A stretch of DNA of 64,000 bases from an uncultured Actinomycetota bacterium (GCA_963743915.1 CAVURN010000001.1:704001-768000); one strand, 5' to 3'; shown: positions 33,984-44,267, numbered from the stretch's first letter. Notes: generated by a model not told the origin, from the letters alone. Translations and numbers: made by a program.

Positions 33984-34752
33984 CGGTGATGCGACTGGAC
34001 CGCTGTGCGAGGAGCACGGCGGTGAAGCTGACCGCGACCAGGATGGTCGCCAGGGCGTTGATCTCAGGCGTGACGCCGAACCGGACCATGGAGTAGATGA
34101 CCATGGGCAGGGTCGGTGTGGTGGTCCCGTTGGTGAAGAAGGCGATGACGAACTCGTCGAGCGAGAGGGTGAAGGCGAGCAGTGCTCCCGCGACGATCCC
34201 CGGGGCGAGGGTGGGAACGGTGATGCGCCAGAACGTGCCGACCGCCGTCGACCCGAGGTCGCGCGAGGCCTCCTCCAGTGAGGGATCGAGGTGCCCGAGC
34301 CGCGCCTTCACCACAGCGGCGACGAACGCGGTCGAGAACACGACATGGGCGAGCAGCACCGAGTGCAGGCCCAGGCTCATCGAGATCATCGAGTAGAAGG
34401 CAAGAAGGCCGATCGCCAGCACGATGTCCGGCATGATCGCCGGTGCCAGCGCGGCGGCCTCCAGCGTGCGTGACCGGGTGTGCCGCTCGAGCCCGATCGC
34501 GAGCAGGGTCCCGAGGGCGGTCGCCAGCACCGTGGAGCCAACGGCCACGATCAAGGTGTTGACGACGCCTTCGAGCACGACCTCGTTGCCGGCCAGCTCG
34601 CCGTACCAGCGCAGGCTGAAGCCCTGCCAGCTGAAGGGCGTCTTGGACGCGTTGAACGACATGACCATGAGCACGAGGATCGGCAGGTAGAGAAAGGCGT
34701 ACGTCACCCAGAAGGGCACCCACAAGGCCCGCCTTCCGCGGCGGCTACGCAC
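33973..34752 (-). CDS. Polyamine ABC transporter permease (PotC-like)
   Basis: FLYLPI...SFN, GFSLRWY, EEASRDLG, FTLSLDEFVI. Confidence 0.92.
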   Translation of the reverse strand: MRSRRGRRALWVPFWVTYAFLYLPILVLMVMSFNASKTPFSWQGFSLRWYGELAGNEVVLEGVVNTLIVAVGSTVLATALGTLLAIGLERHTRSRTLEAAALAPAIMPDIVLAIGLLAFYSMISMSLGLHSVLLAHVVFSTAFVAAVVKARLGHLDPSLEEASRDLGSTAVGTFWRITVPTLAPGIVAGALLAFTLSLDEFVIAFFTNGTTTPTLPMVIYSMVRFGVTPEINALATILVAVSFTAVLLAQRSSRITDAV

Positions 34753-35641
34753 GGCGACCCCCCTCGTTCACGCGCCGGGTCACCCATGCCTGGATCAGGA
34801 AGAGCCCGATCAGAAAGGCGATGACGGACAGCGCGAGCACCGAGCCGAAGGGCCAGTCGCGCGCCTTCAGGTACTGGTCGCGGATCAGGTTCCCCACCAT
34901 CACCGTCTTGCCGCCCCCGAGCAGCTCGGGGATGACGAAGTTCCCCAGGCTCGGGACGAACACGAAGATGCAGCCGGTGAGCACGCCGGGAAGGGTGAGC
35001 GGCAACGTGATGTCGCGAAAGACCCGAACGGTGCCGGCCCCGAGGTTGGAGGCTGCCTCACGCAGCTCCGGGTCGAGCCGCTCGATCGAGGAGTACAGCG
35101 GAAGGATCATCAGCGGCAGGTACGCGTAGAGCAGCCCGGCGATGACGGCGGGCTGCGTGTACAGCAGCGTCAGGGGCCGGTCCACCACGCCGAGCCCGGT
35201 GAGGGTCTGGTTCACCGGTCCCTCGGAGTTGAGCAGGACGATCCACGCGTACGTCCGGATCAGGAAGTTCGTCCAGAACGGCAGCACCACGGCGATGAGG
35301 GCAACGGTCCGCCACCGCCGGGGGAGCGAGGCGATCACGTACGCGGTCGGATAGCCGAGCAGCAGGGCGAGCAGAGTCGTGATGCCGGCGATCACCAGCG
35401 AGTCCAGCAGCACGTTCACGAAGATCGGGTCGAGGGCGCGCGTGAAGTTCCGCAGGGTCGGCTCGTACACGATGCCGCCGAACCGGCCACGCTGCATGAA
35501 CGCGTAGAAGACGATCGTCCCGAGCGGCACCAGCAGGAAGATCCCGAGATACAGCAGCCCCGGCCCGAGATAGACCAGCCGAGGCAGCAGGGCGCGGCTC
35601 CTCGCGGAGCCGCGTCCTGCTGGGGGCGCGGAGATCACCAT
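34745..35641 (-). CDS. Polyamine ABC transporter permease (PotB-like)
   Basis: PFWTNFLIRTYAW, YLPLMILPLY, EAASNLGA, RDWPFGS. Confidence 0.92.
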   Translation of the reverse strand: MVISAPPAGRGSARSRALLPRLVYLGPGLLYLGIFLLVPLGTIVFYAFMQRGRFGGIVYEPTLRNFTRALDPIFVNVLLDSLVIAGITTLLALLLGYPTAYVIASLPRRWRTVALIAVVLPFWTNFLIRTYAWIVLLNSEGPVNQTLTGLGVVDRPLTLLYTQPAVIAGLLYAYLPLMILPLYSSIERLDPELREAASNLGAGTVRVFRDITLPLTLPGVLTGCIFVFVPSLGNFVIPELLGGGKTVMVGNLIRDQYLKARDWPFGSVLALSVIAFLIGLFLIQAWVTRRVNEGGRRA

Positions 35642-35686
35642 GATCGGGTAGCCGTGCCGCCGACCGACGGCACCGTCAGACGACCG

Positions 35687-36796
35687 TCAGCCGGCGGTGA
35701 CGGAGGTCGCGATCTCGGTGTACATCGGGGCGGCGTCCCCGAGGTCGACCAAGGCTTCCTGCTCGAGCAGCTCGGCAGGAGTCATGCCGAGGTTCGGGTA
35801 GGCCTTGACCAGCTCGGGGTCGATCATCTCCATGGCCGCCTGGTTCGGCACCTTGTAGAGGATGTTCTCGACCACCCAGGACTGCACGTCAGGGTCGAGG
35901 ATGTAGTTGATGAAGGCGTGCGCCGCCTCCTTGTTCTCCGAGGACTTCAGGATGACCATCGTGTCGGTCCACAGGTCGCTGCCCTCGTCGGGGACGACGA
36001 ACTTGATCCGGTCGTCCTCGGCGATGCCGTAGTTGCACCAGCCGTCCCAGGCCTCGACGAGCGATGCCTCACCCGACACCAGGCGCGAGTAGAACGTGGT
36101 GTCGTCGTAGGCGAGCAGCGTCGGCTTGGTCTCGAGCAGCTGCTGCTCGACCTGCGCCATCTCGTCGGCGTCCGTGGTGTTCACCGAGTAGCCGAGGGCC
36201 TTCTGCGCGGGAAGCATGAGCCACCGCTCGGTGGACATCATCGTGGTCTTGCCCTCGACGTTCGGCTTCGGGTCGAGCAGGTCGTTCCAGCTGGTGGGGT
36301 CGTACCCGGTGAGGTCCTCGCGGTAGCAGAGCCCGGTGGTGCCCCACGAGTACGGGACGGAGATGGTGTTGCCCGGGTCGTACGCCAGCTCGGAGGCCTC
36401 CGGGTACAGGTTCTCCAGGTTCGGGATCAGCGCGGGGTCGATCGGCTCGAGCAGCCCCTGCTCTCCAAGCGCCTGCGCGAACTGGCCCGAGACGAACGCC
36501 ACATCGATGCCGGGGTCGTCGGTCGCCGTCAGCTTGCCGACGATCTCCTCGTTGGTCGCGTGGTACGTCACCTCGACAGGTGCGCCGACCTCCTTCTCGA
36601 AGCGCTTGGGAAGGTCGTCGGGCATGTACGCCTCCCAGTTCGACACCACCAGTGACTGCTGGGTCAGGTCGGCGTTCGGGTCGAGGCTGCTGCCGGCGTC
36701 GGCCTCCTCGTCGTCACCGCCGCCGCACGCGGCGAGCACGAGGGCGGAGGTCAGCGAGAAAGTGGCGATCGCCAGCGCGCGGGGGCGGTGCGACAT
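35687..36796 (-). CDS. Polyamine ABC transporter substrate-binding lipoprotein (PotD-like)
   Basis: Lipobox LAAC; NWEAY, PYSWGTTG, PDEGSDLWTD. Confidence 0.92.
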   Translation of the reverse strand: MSHRPRALAIATFSLTSALVLAACGGGDDEEADAGSSLDPNADLTQQSLVVSNWEAYMPDDLPKRFEKEVGAPVEVTYHATNEEIVGKLTATDDPGIDVAFVSGQFAQALGEQGLLEPIDPALIPNLENLYPEASELAYDPGNTISVPYSWGTTGLCYREDLTGYDPTSWNDLLDPKPNVEGKTTMMSTERWLMLPAQKALGYSVNTTDADEMAQVEQQLLETKPTLLAYDDTTFYSRLVSGEASLVEAWDGWCNYGIAEDDRIKFVVPDEGSDLWTDTMVILKSSENKEAAHAFINYILDPDVQSWVVENILYKVPNQAAMEMIDPELVKAYPNLGMTPAELLEQEALVDLGDAAPMYTEIATSVTAG

Positions 36797-37002
36797 GGAG
36801 GGACTCCATTCCCGGCGTCCGTGACGCCGATGGGCTCTCGAATTGCCCTTTCTTACATCAGGAGTCAGAACTCGACAAGGGGTTGCGCCGCGTGGCGCTC
36901 AGGTGTTGTGTTCTCTCTCTGAAGTCGCATTCAAATTGTTACGCAGTCCTGGTGGCGACCCGGCACCCCGCGCCGCCGCGCCGGCTGCCTCCGGAGGTGA
37001 GA

Positions 37003-37629
37003 GTGGCGTCCCCCACACGACGACGGAGTGAGCGGCGGGCGGAGCTCCAGGCCGCGGCGCAGCGCGCCATGGCGGCCCACGGGGCGAACGTGCAGCTCAA
37101 CCAGGTCGCTCGAGAGGCGGGTCTGACATCGGGGGCCGTCCTCTACCACTATCCGGACCTGCAGGAGCTGCTGCTCGACGCACAGCGGTCGGGTATGGAG
37201 CGCTTCTACGACGCGCGTGTCCGGGCGATCGAGGGGATCGCCGACCCGGTGGACCGACTGGTCGTCACCATCGCGTCCGGACTTCCGCACGACGTCGACG
37301 ACCCTGATGTGCGGCTGCTGTGCGAGCTCGGCGGAGCGGCCGCGCGCAACCCGGTGTACGGCGCGCTGCTCACGACCCTGTTCGACCGGCAGGTCGCGAT
37401 GTACCAGGTGATCCTCGAGGCGGGCTCGGCGACCGGCGCCTTCCGGCTGTCACCGGACGCCGTGACCATCGGCCGCAACCTGGTCGCGCTCGAGGACGCC
37501 TACGGATACCGCATGATGGCGCGTCACCCCAGCATCGACCGCAGGACGGCGATCGAGCTGATCATGACGTACGCCAGGATGGCCACCGGCCATGCCCTCA
37601 CCAGCCCCGACCCAGAACTGGAGTCCTGA
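37003..37629 (+). CDS. TetR family regulator
   Basis: VAREAGLTSGAVLYHYPDL HTH; SD GGAGG; divergent from potD. Confidence 0.88.
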   Translation: MASPTRRRSERRAELQAAAQRAMAAHGANVQLNQVAREAGLTSGAVLYHYPDLQELLLDAQRSGMERFYDARVRAIEGIADPVDRLVVTIASGLPHDVDDPDVRLLCELGGAAARNPVYGALLTTLFDRQVAMYQVILEAGSATGAFRLSPDAVTIGRNLVALEDAYGYRMMARHPSIDRRTAIELIMTYARMATGHALTSPDPELES

Positions 37630-38945
37630 TGTCAGATCGGCCCATGACGGTGCTCTTCATGCCGGAGTCGGCCTACGGGCCGACCGGGAACTGCATCGGG
37701 ATCGGTGACCTCCTGCTCCGCCGCGGCCACCGAGTCGTCTTCGCCGCCGAGGCGTCGTGGAAGGGCAAGCTGGAGCCGCTGGGATTCGTCGAGGATCTCG
37801 TCCACCTCGCCCCGCCGCCGCCCGAGGACGCCGGGGAGCAGGACGCCGGCGCCTTCTGGAAGGAGTTCATCCGCGACACCTCGCCGGAGTTCCGGAAGCC
37901 GACGGTGCAGCAGCTCGAGTCGTTCATCGCGCCCACGTACCAGGCCCTCATCGACGGAGCGAAGTACTGCGAACCGCACCTCCGCGAGATCATCGCCCGC
38001 CAGCGTCCCGACGTCATCGTCGAGGACAACGTGGTCGCCTTCCCCGCCCTGCTCACCTCCGGAGCGCCCTTCGTCCGGATGGTCAGCTGCAACCCGCTGG
38101 AGATCAAGGGTCCAGGCGTGGCCCCCACCTTCTCGGGACTGGCTGCGGACGACGACAGCGAGTGGGCGGCCTTCCGTGCGGAGTACGACCGCACCCACCG
38201 ACCCATGTGGGAGGACTTCAACGAGTTCGTCGTCGCATCGGGCGCGCCTCCACTTCCTGAGCTCGAGTTCATGCCGGTGTCAGAGCACGCGAACCTGTAC
38301 CTCTTCCCGCAGGAGGCCGACTACACCGACCGGCGACCGCTGGACTCCACCTGGCACCGGATCGACTCGAGCGTGCGCTCCACCGACGAACCGTTCGAGC
38401 TGCCGAGCGAGCTCGCCGACCGTCCGGACGGCTCGGCCCTGGTCTACCTCTCGCTCGGCTCACTGGGCAGCGCTGACGTCGAGCTGATGAAGCGCCTGGT
38501 CGACGTGCTGGGGCACACCCCGCACCGGTACATCGTGAGCAAGGGACCCCAACACACCGAGTACGAGCTCGCCGACAACATGTGGGGTGCGGAGTTCCTG
38601 CCCCAGACGTCGCTGATCCCGCTGGTCGACCTTGTCATCACCCACGGCGGCAACAACACCACCACCGAGTCCCTGCACTTCGGCAAGCCGATGGTGCTGC
38701 TCCCGCTCTTCTGGGACCAGTACGACAATGCGCAGCGCATCGACGAGCTCGGCTTCGGACGCCGGCTCCGCACCTACGAGTTCACCGGCGCCGAGCTGGT
38801 CGGTGCCGTCGACGGGCTGCTGAACGACACCGGTCTGCGGGAGCGGATGGAGGCGATGGGGGCAGCCATCCGCGCACGCCAGGGCAAGGAGAAGGCGGCC
38901 GACCTGATCGAGCAGGTCGCGCGGCAGCACCGCGACGGTGGATGA
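37629..38945 (+). CDS. GT1/MGT-family (UDP-sugar) glycosyltransferase
   Basis: LRRGHRVVF, VYLSLGSLG, FLPQ..LIP.VDLVITHGGNNTTTESLHFGKPMVLLPLFWDQYDNA. Confidence 0.9.
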   Translation: MSDRPMTVLFMPESAYGPTGNCIGIGDLLLRRGHRVVFAAEASWKGKLEPLGFVEDLVHLAPPPPEDAGEQDAGAFWKEFIRDTSPEFRKPTVQQLESFIAPTYQALIDGAKYCEPHLREIIARQRPDVIVEDNVVAFPALLTSGAPFVRMVSCNPLEIKGPGVAPTFSGLAADDDSEWAAFRAEYDRTHRPMWEDFNEFVVASGAPPLPELEFMPVSEHANLYLFPQEADYTDRRPLDSTWHRIDSSVRSTDEPFELPSELADRPDGSALVYLSLGSLGSADVELMKRLVDVLGHTPHRYIVSKGPQHTEYELADNMWGAEFLPQTSLIPLVDLVITHGGNNTTTESLHFGKPMVLLPLFWDQYDNAQRIDELGFGRRLRTYEFTGAELVGAVDGLLNDTGLRERMEAMGAAIRARQGKEKAADLIEQVARQHRDGG

Positions 38946-40281
38946 CCTGACGCGGCAGGTCGCGGCCACGGAGACGGGCCGGCTGCTGCCCACCCGTCTC
39001 GAGGCGGAGGCGGCACGGCTGCCCGCCGCGTTCGCCCTCGCCGGCGCCGCCTCCCTGCCCGGCACAGAGGCGTCGTTGGTGGTGCTCCGTGACGAGAACG
39101 GTCTGCTCTTCGCAGGTCCGGTGCTCCGGTCCGCCGACGACGGGCTTCGTCGCGCGCGTCCCGGTGACGGGGCCGCCCATGCCCTGGCCGCCGTACTGGC
39201 AGGGGCAGGTTCACTCGACGGCAGAGGATTCACCACGACGGTGCTGGTGCCGGACGGCTCGGTGCAGGCATCGGGCATCGTCGATGCCGAGCGTCCCATG
39301 CTGGTGGACCAGACCCACGAGTCGGTCGTCGTCGCGGAGCGCGCAGTGGTCAAGTGGGCGGTGCATGCCGAGTCGACCCCGGCGTCGGTGCTCGTGCCGC
39401 ACCTGTCCGAGGCCGGGTTCGCGGCGATGCCGGGGCCGTGGGGGTTCGTGACCTGGCAGGACCCCTCCGACCCGCACGCCGAGCCCGGGGTGCTGGTCGC
39501 GTCGGTGATGGACTACCTGCCCGAGGCGTCCGACGGCTGGACGTGGGCCGTGCAGGACGTGGGCCGATGGGCGACCGGCGCCGTGGACCTGAGGGTGGCG
39601 CTGGAGCCGATGGAGGCGCTCGGCGTCCTCGTGGCCGACCTGCACGTGGCTCTCGCAACACCGACGTCGGTCATCCCGGAGCCGACGACGACGGCGGACG
39701 CGGTCGAGCTGTCCCGGTGGCGCTCGCTGGCCGAGGCGCTCCTGTCGGAGGCGGTCGAGGGCGTCGACGGTCCGGAAGGCGAGCGGCTCGCGGCCCTGCG
39801 GGACCGGGTCGCGACCACTCTGGCGACCCTCGACGCCGCGGCGGGCACGGTGACCATGCCGGTGCACGGGGACCTGCACGTCGGACAGGTGCTGCGGTGG
39901 CGCGGCGGCTACGCCGTGGGCGACTTCGACGGCAACCCGGTGCTGCCCGTGCCCGAGCGGCTTCGACCGCAGCCGGCAGCGCGCGACGTCGCCGGCATGC
40001 TCCAGTCCCTGGACCACGTCGGCCGGGTCGTGGTGCGGCGGGTCGACGGTGCTGACGCCGCCCTGGTCGAGCAGTGGATCACCGACGCGCAGGAGCACTT
40101 CCTGTCCGCGTACCGGCGACGCCTCGCGGAGGCGGACGCATCGCGGCTGCTCGACGAGCGACTGCTGCTGCCGTTCCGCGTCGAGCAGGAGTGTCGGGAG
40201 TTCCTCTACGCTGTCCGGCACCTGCCACGCTGGCGCTACGTGCCGGACCAGGCGCTGCAGGCGCTCTTCCCCAAGGGATGA
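38938..40281 (+). CDS. Maltokinase/glucosamine-kinase-like phosphotransferase (APH/ePK fold)
   Basis: DQTHESVVV, VVKW, DGW, ADLHVALA, HGDLHVGQ, DFDGNP, RDVAGMLQSL. Confidence 0.82.
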   Translation: MDDLTRQVAATETGRLLPTRLEAEAARLPAAFALAGAASLPGTEASLVVLRDENGLLFAGPVLRSADDGLRRARPGDGAAHALAAVLAGAGSLDGRGFTTTVLVPDGSVQASGIVDAERPMLVDQTHESVVVAERAVVKWAVHAESTPASVLVPHLSEAGFAAMPGPWGFVTWQDPSDPHAEPGVLVASVMDYLPEASDGWTWAVQDVGRWATGAVDLRVALEPMEALGVLVADLHVALATPTSVIPEPTTTADAVELSRWRSLAEALLSEAVEGVDGPEGERLAALRDRVATTLATLDAAAGTVTMPVHGDLHVGQVLRWRGGYAVGDFDGNPVLPVPERLRPQPAARDVAGMLQSLDHVGRVVVRRVDGADAALVEQWITDAQEHFLSAYRRRLAEADASRLLDERLLLPFRVEQECREFLYAVRHLPRWRYVPDQALQALFPKG

Positions 40282-40339
40282 GCGACCGGTCGTTGACGCT
40301 GACCGACGAACGACTGGACCCTCTGCCTCCGGGAGCGAC

Positions 40340-41299
40340 GTGGACGCCCACCTCTTCACCGCCGACCTCGAGGCGCGACCCTCGGCCCTCGGCGACCTGC
40401 AGCGGGTGCTCGTCACCGACGACCCGTGGGCCGAGGTCCCCGAAGAGGTCGGCCAGGTGCTCTTCCTGGGGATGGGCTCGTCGACCTTCGCCGCCTCGGT
40501 GGCGGCGGCGCGGCTGCGGGCCCTGGGGGTCGACGCGGTGGCCGAGCTGGCATCGTCCGAGCTGCTGCCACCCCCTGATCCCGAGCAGCTCGTCGTGGCC
40601 ATCTCGGCGTCGGGCGGATCACGCGAGACGAGCGACGCGGTGGCCCAGTACGCGGGTCAGTCGCCCGTGATGCTGCTGACGAACACCGCGGGGTCCGCGC
40701 TCTCCGCTGCCGCTGACCACACCGTGCTCCTGCACGCAGGGAAGGAGCGGGGCGGCGTCTCGTGCCGTTCGTACACGCACACCCAGGTGCTGCTGCTGGC
40801 CCTCGAATCCCGGCTCACCGGCGCCGATCGTGACCTGCTGGCGCTGCTCGGCAAGGTGATCGAGGCGTCCGACGACCTGCTGTCACGACGGGACCAGTGG
40901 CTGCCGCCGACGGTCGAGCGACTCGCGGGTCCGGACCTCACGGCGGTGGTGGCACCCTTCCGACGGCTCGGGAACGCGCAGCAGAGCGCCCTGATGCTGC
41001 GCGAGGGCCCGCGTCGCGCGGCGATCGCCAGCGAGGCGGGGGAGTGGAGCCACGTCGACGTCTACCTCACCAAGACGCTCGACTACCGGATGCTGCTGCT
41101 GCCGGGCAGCCGCTACGAGGACCAGCTCCTGCAGTGGACGCAGGAAAGAGGTTCGACGGTGGTCTCGGCCGGCGCAGACATCCCGGGCGCGACGGCGTCC
41201 GTCCGCTACCTGCACGACGACGACGAGGACGTCCGCGTGCTGACCGAGCTGCTGGTCGCCGAGCTCGTCGCTGCCGAGCTCTGGCGCGAAAGCGCGTAA
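40340..41299 (+). CDS. SIS-domain sugar-phosphate isomerase/deaminase (GlmS/FrlB-like)
   Basis: GMGSSTFAA, VAISASGGSRET, LTN, ALMLREG, EWSH; start uncertain. Confidence 0.82.
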   Translation: MDAHLFTADLEARPSALGDLQRVLVTDDPWAEVPEEVGQVLFLGMGSSTFAASVAAARLRALGVDAVAELASSELLPPPDPEQLVVAISASGGSRETSDAVAQYAGQSPVMLLTNTAGSALSAAADHTVLLHAGKERGGVSCRSYTHTQVLLLALESRLTGADRDLLALLGKVIEASDDLLSRRDQWLPPTVERLAGPDLTAVVAPFRRLGNAQQSALMLREGPRRAAIASEAGEWSHVDVYLTKTLDYRMLLLPGSRYEDQLLQWTQERGSTVVSAGADIPGATASVRYLHDDDEDVRVLTELLVAELVAAELWRESA

Positions 41300-41325
41300 C
41301 GGATCTCGCTGGCGTCGGTGTGGAC

Positions 41326-41399
41326 GCCCAGAGTGGAGGATCTCTTGCGGTTTTCGCGGGTCATCTGGCCGAGAACCGCAGGCAATTCACCAGTCTGGG
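41326..41399. repeat. Imperfect intergenic inverted repeat (terminator- or REP-like) between convergent genes
   Basis: cccagagtgg..ttgcggttttc / gagaaccgcagg..ccagtctggg. Confidence 0.45.
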
Positions 41400-41417
41400 A
41401 TTCGACGCGGCGCGCTG

Positions 41418-42105
41418 TCAGGACGTGGGACGCCGCCAGCCCTTGACGTAGTCGGGAACCGGGTAGGGCTCGACGAGGTCGGGTGCGGGGATCGGCTCGC
41501 CGAACGACTCCCGCAAGGGAACGACGCCCGCCCAGATGGGACGCGAGATGTCGTCCTCCTCGTCGTCCGGGGGACCGTCCGCCACCTTCACCGAGATCTC
41601 GTCGAGCGGCAGCGCAAGGACGAGCGTCGCGGCCAGCTCCTTCTTGTTCGGGTGCCGGGCCTCGCTCCAACGACCGGGGAGCAGGTGCTCGGTGATCACC
41701 TCGAGAGCATGGTCCTTGTCGTCGCCCTCGAGGACCGAGCTCACGCCGAGCACCATGACGCCGCGGTAGTGCATCGAGGACTCGAACGTGGAGCGGGCCA
41801 GAACCATCCCGTCCAGGAGCGTCACGGTGAGGCAGGTGCGCTGACCTGCGGCCAGACCACGGAAGAGTCGGCTGCCCGTGGAGCCGTGGAACAGCACCCG
41901 GTCACCGTCACGGGCGTAACCCGACGGGCACCACGTACGGCTGGCCCTCGTCGTCGACGACGGCCAGGTGCGCGACGAAACCTGCGTCGAGGATCGCATA
42001 GGCCGTCGCGCGGTCGTTGACCGTCTTCTCGGCGAGCCGTCGGATGGTGGTGCGTTCGGTGCTGCCCGGAGCCGGAAGGGCGTCGGTGGCGGTGCTCTCC
42101 GTCAT
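41418..42105 (-). CDS. Pyridoxamine 5'-phosphate oxidase family flavin-binding protein (NimA-like); indel near 41925
   Basis: YAILDAGFVAHLA...PYVVP | GYARDGDRVLFHGSTGSR, LDGMVLARSTFESSMHYR, WAGVVP. Confidence 0.85.
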
Positions 42106-42129
42106 GGTGTTCCCGTCGTGGATGGGCCA

Positions 42130-42195
42130 ACGGCACACCTTCGGGGTAACCCGTCCGGGTCATGACCCGGAGGAATCACCCCGAAGGTGTGCCGT
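42130..42195. repeat. Long intergenic palindrome (REP/MITE-like or terminator)
   Basis: Outer arms ACGGCACACCTTCGGGGT / ACCCCGAAGGTGTGCCGT (18 bp perfect) around inner TCCGGGTCA|TGACCCGGA. Confidence 0.75.
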
Positions 42196-42203
42196 GGGTG
42201 GTG

Positions 42204-43601
42204 CTAGAGGATCGACCAGGCCTCGGTGAGGACCGAGCGGAGCGTCGACTCGATCTGGTCGAACTCCTTCTGACCGACGATGAGCGGCGGGGCAAGCTGG
42301 ATCACCGGGTCTCCCCGGTCGTCGGCCCGGCAGTAGAGCCCCGCGTCGAAGAGCGCCTTGGACAGGAAGCCGCGGAGCAGACGCTCGGCCTCGTCGTCGT
42401 TGAACGTCTCCTTGGTCGTCTTGTCCTTGACCATCTCGATGCCGTAGAAGAAGCCGTCACCACGGACGTCACCGACGATCGGCAGGTCCTTCAGCTTCTC
42501 CAGCGTCGCCCGGAAGGCACCCTCGTGCGAGCGCACGTGCTCGTTGATGCCCTCGCGCTCGAAGATGTCGAGGTTGGCCAGCGCCACGGCGGCGGCGACG
42601 GGGTGCCCACCCCACGTGTAGCCGTGCGCGAAGTAGTTCTGCCCGTGCTTGAACGGCTCGAAGAGCCGCTCGCTCACGATCATCGCGCCGAGGGGGGCGT
42701 ACCCGGACGTGAGCCCCTTCGCCGACGTGATGATGTCCGGCGTCACCCCGTACCGCTTGGTGGCGAAGTAGTCGCCGATCCGGCCGTACGCGCAGATGGT
42801 CTCGTCCGAGACGTAGAGCACGTCGTACTCGTCGCAGATCTCGCGAACCCGCTCGAGGTACCCGGGCGGCGGTGGGAAGCAGCCACCGGAGTTCTGCACC
42901 GGCTCGAGAAAGACAGCAGCCACCGTGTCCGGACCCTCGAACTCGATCGCCTCCGCGATCCGGTCCGCGGCCCAGCGGCCGAACGCCTCGATGTCGTCGC
43001 CGTGCTCGGGAGCGCGGTAGAAGTTGGTGTTGGGCACCTTCACCGCGCTCGGGACGAGAGGCTCGAAGTACTTCTTGGCGTCCGGGATGCCCGTGATGGA
43101 CAGGGCGCCCTGCGGCGTGCCGTGGTAGGCGATGGAGCGGCTGATCACCTTGTGCTTCATGGGCTTGCCGGTCATCTTGAAGTACTGCTTGGCCAGCTTC
43201 CAGGCACTCTCCACCGCCTCGCCACCACCGGAGGTGAAGAAGACGCGGTTGAGGTCACCGGGGGCGAGCTCGGCCAGCCGGTCAGCCAGCTCGATCGCCG
43301 GCGGGTGCGCGTACGACCACAACGGGAAGAAGGCGAGCTCGGACGCCTGCTTGGCCATGACCTCGGCGAGCTCGGTGCGACCGTGCCCCACCTGGACCAC
43401 GAAGAGTCCGGCCAGACCGTCGAGGTACTTGTTGCCCTGGTCGTCCCAGATGTAGGCGCCATCACCCCTCGTGATGACGGGGACGTGGCCGCCTTCCTCG
43501 TACGTGGAGTGGCGGGTGAAGTGCATCCACAGGTGCTCGCGGGCGCTCTCGGCCAGACGGTCGTCGCCGGGCTCGTTGACGTACTGCGGTGATGTGCTCA
43601 T
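42204..43601 (-). CDS. Class III PLP aminotransferase (putrescine/omega-amine aminotransferase-like)
   Basis: YLDGLAGLF, FFTSGGGEAVESAWK, AYHG, LEPVQNSGG, DETIC, DIITSAKGLTSGY. Confidence 0.92.
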   Translation of the reverse strand: MSTSPQYVNEPGDDRLAESAREHLWMHFTRHSTYEEGGHVPVITRGDGAYIWDDQGNKYLDGLAGLFVVQVGHGRTELAEVMAKQASELAFFPLWSYAHPPAIELADRLAELAPGDLNRVFFTSGGGEAVESAWKLAKQYFKMTGKPMKHKVISRSIAYHGTPQGALSITGIPDAKKYFEPLVPSAVKVPNTNFYRAPEHGDDIEAFGRWAADRIAEAIEFEGPDTVAAVFLEPVQNSGGCFPPPPGYLERVREICDEYDVLYVSDETICAYGRIGDYFATKRYGVTPDIITSAKGLTSGYAPLGAMIVSERLFEPFKHGQNYFAHGYTWGGHPVAAAVALANLDIFEREGINEHVRSHEGAFRATLEKLKDLPIVGDVRGDGFFYGIEMVKDKTTKETFNDDEAERLLRGFLSKALFDAGLYCRADDRGDPVIQLAPPLIVGQKEFDQIESTLRSVLTEAWSIL

Positions 43602-44101
43602 CGGGTTCCCCAGGAATAGATCTGTTTACGGAGCTTGAGGTAGACGAAGCTCTCGGTGTGCCGGACACCGGGGATCGCCCGGATCCGGCGGTTGATGATG
43701 TCGAGCAGGTGGTCGTCGTCCTCGCAGACCACCTCGACGAGGATGTCGAACGATCCCGCGGTGATGACCACGTAGTCGACCTCGGGCATGGTCTCGAGAG
43801 CTGCCGCGACCTCCTCCATGTCGCCCTCGACCCGGATCCCGATCATCGCGGCGCGCGGGAAGCCCACCGAGAGCGGATCGGTGACCGCGACGATCTGCAT
43901 GACGCCGGTCTCGAGAAGGCGCTGCACCCGCTGGCGCACCGCCGCCTCGGACAGACCGACCGCCTTGCCGATCGCGGAGTAGGGTCGCCGGCCGTCCTCC
44001 TGGAGCTGTTCGATGATCGCCTTCGACACGTCGTCGAGGGCGATGGCACCGGCAGCACCGTTGGCGGTGCTGCGCTCGGAGGTGCGGGCCCGACTGACCA
44101 T
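43598..44101 (-). CDS. Lrp/AsnC family regulator
   Basis: LDDVSKAIIEQLQEDGRRPYSAIGKAVGLSEAAVRQRVQRL. Confidence 0.93.
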   Translation of the reverse strand: MVSRARTSERSTANGAAGAIALDDVSKAIIEQLQEDGRRPYSAIGKAVGLSEAAVRQRVQRLLETGVMQIVAVTDPLSVGFPRAAMIGIRVEGDMEEVAAALETMPEVDYVVITAGSFDILVEVVCEDDDHLLDIINRRIRAIPGVRHTESFVYLKLRKQIYSWGTR

Positions 44102-44139
44102 GACGCGCATCCTGTCGTCCCGAGCCGGGTATGGCAAGT

Positions 44140-44175
44140 GATTCCGTGGGCGAATGCGGCGAATTCCACGAAATC
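44140..44175. promoter_or_regulatory. Putative operator, dyad GATTCCGT-N20-ACGAAATC
   Basis: Lies in the divergent Lrp/aldehyde dehydrogenase promoter; same geometry as 47565-47600. Confidence 0.55.
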
Positions 44176-44267
44176 GGTACTCAGACGGGGCCAACTCTGT
44201 TGTTTCCCGCTGTCGCGGGATAGTGTGACGTCACCGCACCAGCGACATCCGCAGCCGAGGAGAGCCC

